A stretch of DNA of 64,000 nt from NCBI RefSeq assembly GCF_006345805.1, contig NC_043007.1:58962001-59026000 (forward strand), written 5' to 3'. How positions within the stretch are numbered: position 1 is the first letter of the stretch; each line of letters starts with the position of its first letter. Position numbers and translations under genes: made by a program. Below the pieces are notes generated by a model, which did no database searches, was not told where the DNA came from, and saw only the letters and a program-made list of their open reading frames with translations. This document shows, piece by piece, positions 47,794-59,488 of the stretch. Source of the stretch: Octopus sinensis (Eukaryota).

Positions 47794-48732
47794 GTACAAT
47801 TACCACACCAAAGACATATATTACATTATAGCAGGTTTGAGAAAAAGTTTGGGAAGAAAACGAGTTTCATTGGGAAGGTAAATCCTCATAGTCGTATACA
47901 GCATAGCGAGACACCAAAACAAAACGTCCATACTGTTTTTCACTCGATAAAGAATGAGGGGTTTGGATGTTGAGAGAAAGAGGTGGAAGGGGGGTGAAGT
48001 TGGGATCATAAAGAGGAAAAAGTATATGTATAAATTTAAACATGATTATACAGGATAATAGTACACGTTTGTGTACACATATGTAGGGGTATGTATGTAC
48101 ATGTGTATCCGTGTGTGTACTTTGTTTCTTTTGACATGTTTCTTTTGACATAATGTTCTGAAATAACCCTGTTCTTTGAGGTAATTTCTCATATCTAAAT
48201 CATCCTTCTGGGTGAGTCACACAGGTAAATGTAATCCATCTGTAATGTTCTTAATGTTTTGGTTTGACACTGTGAATTTGTTGTATGCAATTGTTAATAA
48301 AAGAGACACTGGCTTGTTTGCGCTAGCAATTCTCTCAGTGGAACTGCCATTACTATCCTATTTTTTCTTCTGTAATGTGTGTGTCTTTGTGAAAAATGTT
48401 TTCTTGTTCTTCTTTGTGTATTTTGTATGTATGACAGTCTCAGTTTTGAATTGTTTTTGCCCTTGAAGAATGTGGCTTGAAAATTTTGAAATTATATCTA
48501 TGTAGACAGTGTGAAAGAAAATTGGTCTAAAAACAGAAAATAACAAGACTTGTTTTTTTTTTCTAAACTTTTTTCTGTCAATTCCATGGGGTAGACTCCA
48601 AGTTTTCTAAAACTGTTTCTATGTAAAGAAGTTTAATAAGTTAGAAACAAAGTTATCAAATAAACAAAGTAAGATGAGCAACTTGAAAACAAAGTCTCAT
48701 TAAGTCAGAAAATAATAATAATAATAATAATG

Positions 48733-48803
<71 letters not shown>

Positions 48804-49105
48804 GCCCAGTATGTCGTGTATGTGAACAATAAAATGAAACCATTGATCATGTTATCTCCATGTGCAGTCTTCTTGTGCCTACAGAGTATCTCAACAAGCA
48901 TGATAGAACAGTACAGTACATTCAATGGGTAACTTACAAAAACCTGGACTTGCCCCATGAAAAAAACTAGTGGGAACAAAAACCACTGCCAGTGCTTACA
49001 AATGATCACATCTCACTCCTCTGGAACTTCACCTTTCAAACTGACAGAAAAATAGATGCTAATAGACCAGACATTATATTGAAGGTCTTCAAACAAAAAA
49101 ATTTT
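48804..49105 (+). mobile_element. R4/Dong-clade fragment
   Basis: PVCRVCEQ*NETIDHVISMC...KHD...LLWNFTFQTDRKIDANRPDII, directly after an (AAT)n tract; 3' end missing. Confidence 0.8.
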
Positions 49106-49271
49106 AACTCAAAAGACACCATTAGTACTGTGATATTGGATTTTTATGTTCTATGTAGGGAAGAAAGAATACTATTGGCAGCAAGAAATATCCAAAAAGT
49201 TTCTTAAACAGTAAGAGAATTCAAGAACAGAAGGAAGAACAAGATAATTAACTGAAAGACAAAGAATTACA

Positions 49272-49606
49272 TGGCCACAAGCGGAAAGTGTAACCTCTCG
49301 AAAGAGCTGTTCTTCACTCCTGCTCTAGAGCGTCGGCTGCGGGGTCACTCTAAAAAGCTCTATCTGCGACGATTTCATCTCAATTGAAGGAGAGGGGCTT
49401 TCTCCGTCCGGGTTGCAGATCTGTGGAATAAGCTGCCGGACGAGATAGTGAAGATGCCGACGACCGCTTGGTTCAAAGTCTCTCTTGACCAGAAATGGCC
49501 TGAACTCTTTGCATGAACACCACCCTGTACATAACTCCATGTCCCCCTACATGGCCTTGCTTTTTCTTTTTGAGCCAAAAAATTAACTTAACTTAACTTA
49601 ACTTAA
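49272..49606 (+). mobile_element. 3' end of a CR1-clade LINE with (TTAAC)n tail
   Basis: RRLRGHSKKL...RRGAFSVRVADLWNKLPDEIV...FKVSLD...* then a short UTR and TTAAC x4. Confidence 0.85.
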
Positions 49607-51392
49607 CAAACTGAGGATGCTGGAAGTAAAGAACACTGAATCCAAATCACTAATTATAGCTGCCCAATGACAACCAGTAGAATAAATTTGATAATGGCAA
49701 TGATTGATAAAACTTAGTCAGACATTAAATACAGAATCTGTAGGAAAGGAAACAGAAATATTAATCCTTTCTTAAGTGAATGCTATAAGATTGCACAAAA
49801 AAAATACAAACTCACTGAAGAGGTAAAATCACACTGAAACACTGTTTCAGTTGGACTACAGACATCATTTGGAGCTTGGCTTAATTTCTTTAATACACAC
49901 AAAATTTATCAAGAGAAATTTTTCTCTGAAAGAAAATCCCACAGACATTGCCTTTTACATTCTTGTGTCCAAAGTGTTAAAAATAAATGTATGCTTCCTT
50001 TTTTTGATCTTCACTATTTTATGTATTAATACTAAATGATGGCAGCATTTAAGTATATTATTATATTTGAAACACTGATATTCTTATATTGTGGATTTAT
50101 GATAATTATCTCTTATGGCATGTCAGACATAAAAAAATATGCTGTAAGACAATAGAAACTGATATCTTAAATGTCAAAATGACAGCCCATTGGTTGCTGT
50201 TAGGTCACAGTGATTACTATCAATATAATAGGTTGTGTATTCAATTAGCAGATGTGTCCCACTAACACGGCGATACATAGTCAGTGCTAAGCAGTAAGAA
50301 ATTTTCATGATAAAATGACAAATGTACATATGAAAACATTAATAAAAAAAAAGGAAAGATAAAGAAATGTAATATGGTAACATAATCAATTTGATTTCAA
50401 TCTGTTTCCAGAAAAGTTACCTGATAGAGTTTGTTAATATTGTAAAATCTGGTAATTGTGAAACAAACTTTTGTAGTTTAAGTACCAGCTGTTTAAATAC
50501 TGCAAAAAAGAGAATATTTCTTTTGAAGTATTCTGCAAAATAAAAACTAGTTATATATTGGGACTAATTCAACTGACTTGATTCATTGTTGGCACTATTA
50601 TTCATTGTAGTTAAGGCAGAATTGTTAGCATGCTGGATAAAATACTTAGTGGCATTTCTTTTGTTTTATGCTCTGAGTTCAAATACTGCTGAAGTCAACT
50701 TTATCTGTCATCATTTTGGGAGTAATAAAATAAGTATCAGTCAAGTACTGGCATTGATAATCCACTATCCACTTTCCCCAAAATTTCAGGCCTTGTACTC
50801 ATAATAGAAAGAATTATTCAAGAAGTTGGATTGACAGAATTGTTATGGACAAAAAGTCCAACAGCATTTGTTCTGGTTCTTTACATTCTGAGTTCAAATC
50901 TTGCTATGGTCACTTTGGTTTTCATCTTTAGGGACCAATAAAAGAAAGAATCTGATAAGTACTACGGGCAATGTAACTGGCTCATTTCTCCCTACAAATT
51001 TCTAACCTTGTGCCGTAAATAATAATTATTAGAAAAGATTACGCATGGCAATGGATCTGTAAAATCTTTAGAATGTTAGACAAAATACCTTTTGGTACTT
51101 GTTCCAGCTCTTTACATATTGAGTTCAAATCCTGCCAGGGTCAACTTTGCCTTTCATCCTTCTGAAGCCAATAAGATAAAGTACCAGTCGAATACTGATA
51201 TCGATGGTACAGACAAATGCCCACCCCGCTCAAAGTTACTAGTTAGAAACAGTTATTATTCAGAATGGTAGATGTCAGAATTTGTAGAGCTTTGAACAAA
51301 ATGCCTTGTGGTATTTAATTATATCTCATTACATTCTGGGTTCAAATCCTGCCAGTAAACAACTTTTCTTCCCAAGGTCTGATGAATCAAAG

Positions 51393-52352
51393 TAAAGGGT
51401 CAGCTGGAAAGTTCATAGGTTGAGTATGAAGGAGTAATGCTAGAGCTGTGAAATCGTGTATGCATAAATTTTAACACTTCTTATTGACAACTGCATTGTT
51501 TCTTTCCAAGTAAACTAACATCTGACTGTTCAAAGAAGACTTCAAAAGTAACTAGTAGTAACTTCTCTTGAAAATGCAACAAAATTTGGCATTTGTTGTT
51601 ATCAAGTACCTGCAAAAAAAAGGGTTTAGCCTCCAGGGACATTCATGCTGACGTCATTGCTACATTAGAGGATGATGCTCCAGCTTTATCAACAGTGCAA
51701 AAGTGGGCAGTTGAATTTAGGAGGGGGAAGGGAGAGTCTGGAAGATAACCCAAGGTTTGGACATCAAGCAACTGCCAACACTGAGGAAAACATCCCTCCT
51801 CACTTGCTCCAAAGAAGATCAAGGACATTTCATCTGCAGAGAAGGTGAAGCCTCAGTTTTTTGTAATGCAAAAGGCATTGTCTTTATTGACTATCTTTAA
51901 AAAGGCCACATCAGCAAATTGCTGGGGCAGTTATGAGAGGCTACCAAGACCAAATGTCCAGGAAATCTGACAAGAGGGGTCTTGTTTTATCAGGACAATG
52001 CTCCAGCACACACATCCTTGGCTTCAATGGTTGCTGTGTGTGTTATTGTCGCTTTAAACTAGTTATTAACCCTTTTCTATTCTCCTAATTTGGCCCCATC
52101 TGATTATCATCTGTTCCCCAATATAAAGAAAGATTTGGCTGGGAACCAGTGATGATATCATATCTGCTGTTGATGACTTTTTTGACCAACTGGATGAAAG
52201 TTTCTTCTTCAATGGGCTCCAAGCACTGCAACACTGATGGAAGAAGTGTGTGGACCGCAAGGAGGACTATGTTGAAAAATAAACCTCATTTGGTCACGTT
52301 CATCCATGAGAATATCTTGCTCAGCCTATGAACTTTTCAGCTAACTTTTGTA
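51393..52352 (+). mobile_element. Internally deleted, degenerate mariner with both TIRs
   Basis: GGGTCAGCTGGAAAGTTCATAGGTTGA / TCAGCCTATGAACTTTTCAGCTAAC; peptides STVQKWAVEFRRG, QDNAPAH and PNLAPSDYHLFP. Confidence 0.85.
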
Positions 52353-52740
52353 ATAGCTGACTTCTTTTAAGATGACAGGGTGTGATTTGAGGAAGATTTG
52401 GCTTTTATTTCTAGCAAGCCATTTGACCACAAAAAAAGCCTTCTCGGATTAATTATGAAATAGATATTATTATTTTTGTTGTTCTTTTTAGCCCCAGGCC
52501 AGCACTAACTAAACAGAACTGTTATAGGTTTTCCAGCTGTGATTATTCTGTCTTACTTTCAAGAACTCCAATATATGCCCTTGCATTTCAAAGAAAAATA
52601 ATGATAAGGTGTGATTTGTGGGAGAATAGGTTGCTATTGTTCAAATCCTGCTGAGGTTGACTTTGGCTTTCATCCTTTTGGAACCAATGAAATAAGTTGA
52701 GCACAGGGGTTGATTTAATTAACTAGCACTTTCCTCCAAT

Positions 52741-52799
<59 letters not shown>

Positions 52800-53075
52800 T
52801 TATTGAGTGAGAGACAAGTGCATGCTATCAAAGTGATACTGGGATACAAATATACGAAGCCCAATATACCCATCATGACTACTCATCTGATAAGGGTACA
52901 CCAGGCACATGTATCCCAACCACATGTGCACGACATGGTGATCTCATATCAAGATAAATAGCATATGACCTTGCAGGTGGAGACTCAGTTAGAATTTTCT
53001 TCAGGTCGAGTAGCCCATCCTGCTCAAAAGGTCCCTGAATAAGGTTTGTTTAAGGATGATGAATGAAACACCCAT
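52800..53075 (-). mobile_element. Probable retroposon 3' end with (AAT)/(AGT)n tail
   Basis: Non-coding segment terminating in CTCTCACTCAATAATAGTAGTAG on the minus strand; family unassigned. Confidence 0.35.
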
Positions 53076-53109
53076 ATTATCATTATTACAGCAGTGCTAC
53101 TGGGTTGGG

Positions 53110-53750
53110 ATGGGGAGATTGCTGGTTCAAGGTAACCTCTACTGGCATGGAAGTGCCATCAGTCAGGCTTGCCTGAGATGCATGCAGAGTGAGAAAAATG
53201 TTCTGCATGCTCTCATCTAGTGCCCAAGCATTGCTGACTTGTGGGTTTATGTCAAACACTTGCTGTCACATGTAGGATGGATTCAGCTATTGACTGAGTC
53301 CATTGTAAAGATGGTCCTGCTGCATTCCTTTGGTCAGGAAGGGCAGACAGTGTTTCTTTGCTTGGTAGCCTTAGTGAAAGAAATTGCATGGTGGACCAGA
53401 TTGAAAGGGATGAAGACAGATACTTTCCTCATTGGCCAAGCCCTCAGGAAGTTTTTCAAGGTTTACTTGAAAAGAAAAGTGAGGGTAATTTTATTAAAAG
53501 GTGGGTGAATGTTGAAAGAATAGTCTGAGTGAATGCAACTACTCTAAGCATGCACCTGTAGGTTGAAGGATGTTGATGTGGAGAGAGTATTTGCCTTAGC
53601 AGTTAGGATGACTGTGGTTTTGTGGTGTCTCCATGAGCAGCCCTAAGAAGTCTCCCTCTTTTGGGGAATTATTCATTGTTATAATTTTATATTGTTAATG
53701 TTTTTTATATTTTTTTACACACCTTTTATGCAACCTCACATTGTACTGTC
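53110..53750 (+). mobile_element. Tx1/L1-clade LINE 3' remnant
   Basis: ACLRCMQSEKNVLHALI*CPSIADLW (C-x2-C-x8-H-x4-C zinc finger) followed by the W..R..G region. Confidence 0.6.
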
Positions 53751-53795
53751 CTGTACCATTTGTTGCTGATGTTGTTGCTGTTGTTGTTGTTGTTG

Positions 53796-53877
<82 letters not shown>

Positions 53878-54075
53878 ATAAGGTGGTGAGCTGGCAGAAT
53901 TGTTAGCACACTAGATAAAATGCTTAGTGGTATTTCGCCTCTTGCTACATTCTGAGTTCAAATTCTACTGAGGTCAACTTTACCTTTCATCCTTTTGGAG
54001 TCAATAAAATAAGTACCAGTTGAACACTAGGGTCGATGTAATCAACTCATCCCCTCCCACCGAAATTACTGTCAA

Positions 54076-54480
54076 GTGAATTCCATCAGGAATCATAACA
54101 GAAATGTTATGATTTATACAGAAAGCGGGACATGTATAGATTCCCATTTGGTGCATGTGGCAGAATGCACAAAACACAACTTGATTTATCTTGGTTGTAC
54201 AACAGAGCAATTAAACAAAAGATTTAATGGGTACAGATATGATGTCAGGCACAGTAACAGCAGTTCGACAGAACTTGCCAAACATTGTGCTTCAAATGGC
54301 TGTAATTTTGAAAAATACTTGAAAATGCATATTTTCAGAAAATATTCTGAATCTGCTTCATTTCCAATACTCAACATGCATGAGGAGAAATAAGTTTGTG
54401 GGTTATTAACATCATGCCCTGGAGGAATGAATAAAATGACAGGGGAATATCATCAAATTTATACAAAATTGTTTAATTAT
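54076..54480 (+). pseudogene. GIY-YIG endonuclease fragment of a second, different Penelope-like family
   Basis: GTCIDSHLVHVAECTKHNLIYLGCT...KRFNGYR...ELAKH...*VCGLLTSCPGGMN; one in-frame stop. Confidence 0.75.
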
Positions 54481-55903
54481 TCTTCTTTTCTTTTTCTTTT
54501 TTCTTTCCTTTTTTCTCCCTTTTTTTTTGTTTTTTTTCTCTGGTTTTGAGCAGAATATTTGCTGTAGCCCATCTTTTATACCAAGACAAAACAATGTACA
54601 TGATAACACTTCCAATCAGTTAAGATCAGAAGCCATGAGAGCCACAGCCTGGTACTGCATCAGGGCATAATTATCATAATCAACTTCATCATCATTATTA
54701 TTATTGTTGTTAAGGTGGTAAGCTGGCAGAATCGTTAGTATGCTGGGCAAAATGTTTAGTGGTATTTTGTCCATCTTTATATTCTGAGTTCAAATTCTGT
54801 CAAGGTTGACCTCACATTTCATATTTTTGAGGTTGATAAATTAAGCACCAGATGAGCATTGGGGTCAGAGTAATTGACTTACCCCCTCCCCTGAGATTGC
54901 TGGCCTTGTGACAAAATTTGAAATCATTATCCTTATCATTGTTCTTTCCAGGTAAAATCATTTCATAAAATAAAAGTAAATACCTGTCATGTACTGGGGT
55001 TGATTTATTTAACTCTATAAAGCCACTAAATTCAAAGTTTTGCACCTATATTATAAATCAATATTATTGATTATGTTAAAAATCATAAATTCACATTAAA
55101 GAAAACCCCATCCCACTCTATCCTCATTGTGAAGTGGGTTTAGACAACTTCTTAGTTAACAGTGAAACCTAAGACTGGCTGTCTTTGTAACAGGTGGTTT
55201 ACCCACAGTGCTAATGTGTGTCATATGTTAACATGTGTCATATGCTAATATGCGTCAAATGTTATGGGTGTGTCTCTCACATGCTAACATGTGTCATTTA
55301 ATTATATTCTGCTACGTAACATTAATAAAATTTCTTTAAACAAATTCCTGGATTAATTTACCTGAAAAGAATAAGGTTGGGGGTGGAGTACATACAGAAA
55401 TAAAAATTTCTTTTAATAAGAGACAAAAACAAAATAATGTGACCTTTATGAACATAAAACACCTCAAAAACTAAAATAATGTTTTGTAATTCATCCTGAT
55501 TAAGAATTTGCAGAGTAGGGACTTTGGGGGTAGGTAGAGTGTGCAGCTCACCCTTGCAAGTAGTTGCAGAACTGTATGCTTTACAAATGTCTTGTTTGCT
55601 CACAGTATGTAGTTTAATTCCTCATAATGAGGATAAAAATGAGTTCTGCAGTGTATCTAAGAAAAACTTGTTTTCCATAGGAAAAATCTTTGGTAGCTAC
55701 TTACCATCACCAGATCAATTATTTTAAAATACTGCTGAACCATGTTATTAAATTTAGGAGAAAGCCTACATTATTTAGTTAATTAAATTGTTTATCAAAT
55801 GTTATTCATAAAATAGAGAGACAAACCAACTACATGAACATCAGGATTGCTTTTCTTTAAAACAAAATTCTGTATACTACTGGGTCTATTTATTGGTTCT
55901 TAA

Positions 55904-56277
55904 CCCTTCAACATTCAGATTACTCTGTCAAATATATTGCATTCACATAGTTTTGAATTATTCATGCAATATCTTGTACACTTTGAGATTTCAATGATGT
56001 AATTGTTTATTTTTAAAATGATATTGTAGGGTAAATGCGAAAGGCTGGATTTAGCCAGTTTTAACATCATCATCATCATCATCATCATCATCGTTTAGCG
56101 TCCGTTTTCCATGCTAGCATAGGTTGGACGGTTCTACTGGGGTCTGTGGAGCCAGAAGGCTTCATCAGGCCCAGTCAAATCTGGCAGTGTTTCTACGACT
56201 GGATGCCCTTCCTAATGCCAAAACATAAAACAAGTAAAATAATTGAGCTGGATGTAGCTGGTTCAAATGCTAAAGGG
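55904..56277. mobile_element. piggyBac-like MITE with a nested (CAT)n-tailed retroposon end at 56068-56221
   Basis: TTAA-CCCTTCAACATT ... AATGCTAAAGGG-TTTA; nested insert flanked by AACAT at 56063-56067 and 56222-56226. Confidence 0.7.
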
Positions 56278-58116
56278 TTTAGCATAGTTTTTTGTTGATA
56301 TAAAACAAGACAGTCATCCTTAATTAAATTTAAAGATAGTACACGAAGGGACAAATACACAGAGAAAAATGTGATTAAGGGTCTCATTTTATTATAGCTT
56401 TTGTTTCCCATGTCATTAAAAGAAAAGACCCTTAATTGTATATGTTAATTTAATCAATGAAAATTTTTTTAATGATTATAAAAAATTAAGTCCTACAAAT
56501 GTAAACTGAAAAGAATCTAATGAAAACAAAATGATAGTAAATTTCTGCTTGCCTGATGCAAACAAAGAATAATTTTCTTAATTTTATTTAATTTGTTTTA
56601 CATTGGCATAAACATAAGTATTACACATGAAGTGAAACCATTTCAACTAGGAGCCTAAATCAGCTAGTGGGCTAACTTTGGTGGGAACTGTCACTAACAA
56701 ATTAAAAACTTACAATGATTTTGTATTTGATCATTTACAACTTCAGTTTTTCAAAAGGAAAGCAATAATGTCAGTTCCTCACAAGCAAAAAGTTACAATA
56801 CTAACTGGGATTCCCAGTGGAACCATTTCATTTTACAAATATTGATAACATCTTTGAAAAGGCAAAAACCTTCAGCTTCTTTTCATTTTCTTTCTCTCTA
56901 AAGTCTCAGATTTCATACATTTAGAATTACTGTTTCTTTTTTTTTCTTATATATGGGTACAAGATTGGTGTTTCTAGAAGAGGAACAGAATGGAATTTGC
57001 ACAATATATTATTTGTATTTATTCTATAACCCCCTTCATTATGATGCATTATAAATGTCAGTAGTTAATTGAATATATAAATGTCATCAGTAAGAGACAA
57101 AATAATGTAATTAATGAGTTTTTAAGAGATTTTTTTCAAGTAAAGTGTAAAGTGTTTTTTAAAGGTTTTGTCTATAGAAAAGGGTTATGCCTATGTTCAT
57201 TGCAGACCTTCCACCCCTGAAGATGGTGAAATTGACACAGTTCCTTGTGAATAACAAGTTGATAGCTGCAGGAATTCCATGAGGAATGGGGAAATTCCTG
57301 AGAGGTGATTTTCTGAGAGAAAGCACTCAACATAGAGATGAGTGCTAGGTTGGGAAATGGGTGGTGGGTAGACTCAATATGGGTAATGAGAGAAGGAAAG
57401 ACAAATGAGCTGGGAATGACTGAGGGAGATTAAGCATGGCAAAGCATTCTACAATTTCTACCAAGTTGAAACACTCAGGTCATAAGCCATTACTCAAATT
57501 AGGAACTGTTAAGAAGAAATTATTGTAATATATGTTAAAAAATTACAAAAAAAGAATTAAAATTCTGGTTTTGTTCTATTTAATGTTTTTTTTTTGTTTA
57601 CTCAAAACTTTGTTACATGGCTATTCATGTTGAGGTGTTGTTTCAGCTTGAAACAGACATAATATTTAGATTAACATCATATATACCAACCAAACAGTGG
57701 AGATCCTTTCACAATTTACAGCCATTCATTGGGTTGTTTACTCAACATTGATTTTGTTTTTGTTTTTTTTCTATTCTGTATTGATATAAAGCAGAGACAA
57801 AACTTAAAACTCATCAATATCTGTCTTGAGTGACATTTCATCCAGACAACTTTCCATTTACACTGATACAGGATTTCCTACAAGGTAAGTAAGAAGTAAG
57901 GGCTAAAGGGTCTGTTGACGAATTCAATGCATTACTTGATAAATTGTGTATGAACTTCCAGTCTGTGTATCCCATGTTCACTACATGTCAACATCTTACC
58001 AGTCAAGTGTGTTTTCTTACTGAGTATCTTCATTATTTCCTCCTTCATCTAAATATTAAAATAATTGTAAAGAAAAACAAGAAGAAAGAAAGAAGGAAAG
58101 AACAAAGCTAAGCTTT

Positions 58117-58818
58117 TCAATGTCGAGGAAAGCCAAACTGAGGATTGTCCCCTGGTTTTAAGGAAGTTAACTTTTCTGTAAAAAAAGTTTTCAAAATCAA
58201 AACTTGACCAATGCTAGCTATACATATAATGGAGGTCAGACCAAGTGACCACAATAAAACATGAGTGTTCAAGATTTCGGCTGTGTGACGCCCGACTGCT
58301 TCACGTAGTCTGTAACTCTTTTGATGGTTAACTACTTTGGTCATGCTTTCATGAACAATGTTGCAAGAAGATTCAGCTGAGGTTGGTGCTGACGGTTTTT
58401 TCTGGCCCATTTCAACAGCCAAATTATCAATTTCTTCAGCTTGAATACTAAAGAAAACAATTTTATGTGTTAAGCTAGAAAATTCATTACTAAAACAAAA
58501 TTTATAAACTCCAGAGGAGCTGTTGATTTTCAAGCGATCTTCCTGTCGACGCATTTCTTTATAGATGATTCGACCATTTGGTGAGATTAATGAAACATCA
58601 ATGTCCTTATTACCACCTTTGATTACTTTGTAAGTAAACATATAAGGTTCAGATTTTTCAAACTCATGCATAAAGCACCAATGATCATTATCATTTAATT
58701 CAATTGTCAGTGAGATTTGTTCTGCATAAATAACTGCTGATGACATCAACACAAAAGTGGCCACAATTAAATGAAACATATTTATATTTAAATAATTGCT
58801 TTGAGAATATTTGATCAT
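58117..58818 (-). CDS. TMED7: p24/emp24/gp25L family GOLD-domain cargo receptor, p24-gamma (TMED7/TMED3-like), single coding exon
   Basis: Intact 233-codon ORF (likely start M14 at 58779). Signal-like MFHLIVATFVLMSSAVIYA; GOLD cysteines in WCF and YKFCFSNEFS; ESSC...RLREAVGR...LN coiled region; TM segment ending IGQV; cytosolic FF motif. Symbol is the closest subfamily, not proven orthology. Confidence 0.92.
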   Translation of the reverse strand: MIKYSQSNYLNINMFHLIVATFVLMSSAVIYAEQISLTIELNDNDHWCFMHEFEKSEPYMFTYKVIKGGNKDIDVSLISPNGRIIYKEMRRQEDRLKINSSSGVYKFCFSNEFSSLTHKIVFFSIQAEEIDNLAVEMGQKKPSAPTSAESSCNIVHESMTKVVNHQKSYRLREAVGRHTAEILNTHVLLWSLGLTSIICIASIGQVLILKTFFTEKLTSLKPGDNPQFGFPRH

Positions 58819-59391
58819 CTTGAAAATTTTAAAGATTATTTGTATTATATTTTATCCTTTTTCTACTTTTGAATTCTTTCTCAAACAATCACAGTAGTTA
58901 AGTCATATAAAAAAATGAAATTCATAAAAAGAAATGCTTATTTATGTATACACACACACACAAGTACATACATACAGGGAAATATCTTTTAAAGTTTTTC
59001 TTCCATCAAAAATACAGTTAACATTGAATGCAAAGGGTGAAAATGGCTATGGACATACCACTTTTTATAAATTTTGGAATGATAGAAAATTACTTCCAGG
59101 AAGAACCAGTATAATTTTTTTTCCTTTTCAATTTTTTTTAATAATATTCAAAGCTTGTATTTTCAGGCTTATTCTCTTCTATTTTCTACTTCTTTGTTAA
59201 TTTCTCTCTATTCGTATCTCTTCTGTTTTTCCTTTATAATTGTAGTTTATGTTTCCTATATCAGTCCATGATATATTCTGGCTATGAATAAGAACAATCT
59301 TCTCCAAAGGTAAAGTTATCCACAAAATGTTAGCCAAGAAACTGTTAGCATTCCATGTTTGTTTTGAAGGTGGAGTGAAAAAATGAACAAA

Positions 59392-59488
59392 TGACGTGAA
59401 CTGGAATTAACCACGTGGAAAGTTAGAAAATGGAGAGGTTTTAGAATAGATTTTACATGGTGTCATTTGTTATTGATTCCTTGCCACG
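59392..59488. promoter_or_regulatory. Cluster of bZIP (XBP1/ATF6/CREB3-type) motifs upstream of the TMED ORF
   Basis: TGACGTGA 59392-59399, CCACGTGG 59411-59418 and GCCACG 59483-59488, in unique CpG-poor sequence. Confidence 0.35.

Noticed and set aside
49585-49606. Telomere-like (TTAAC)n repeat
   Set aside because: Only four units, positioned as the tail of the CR1 fragment.
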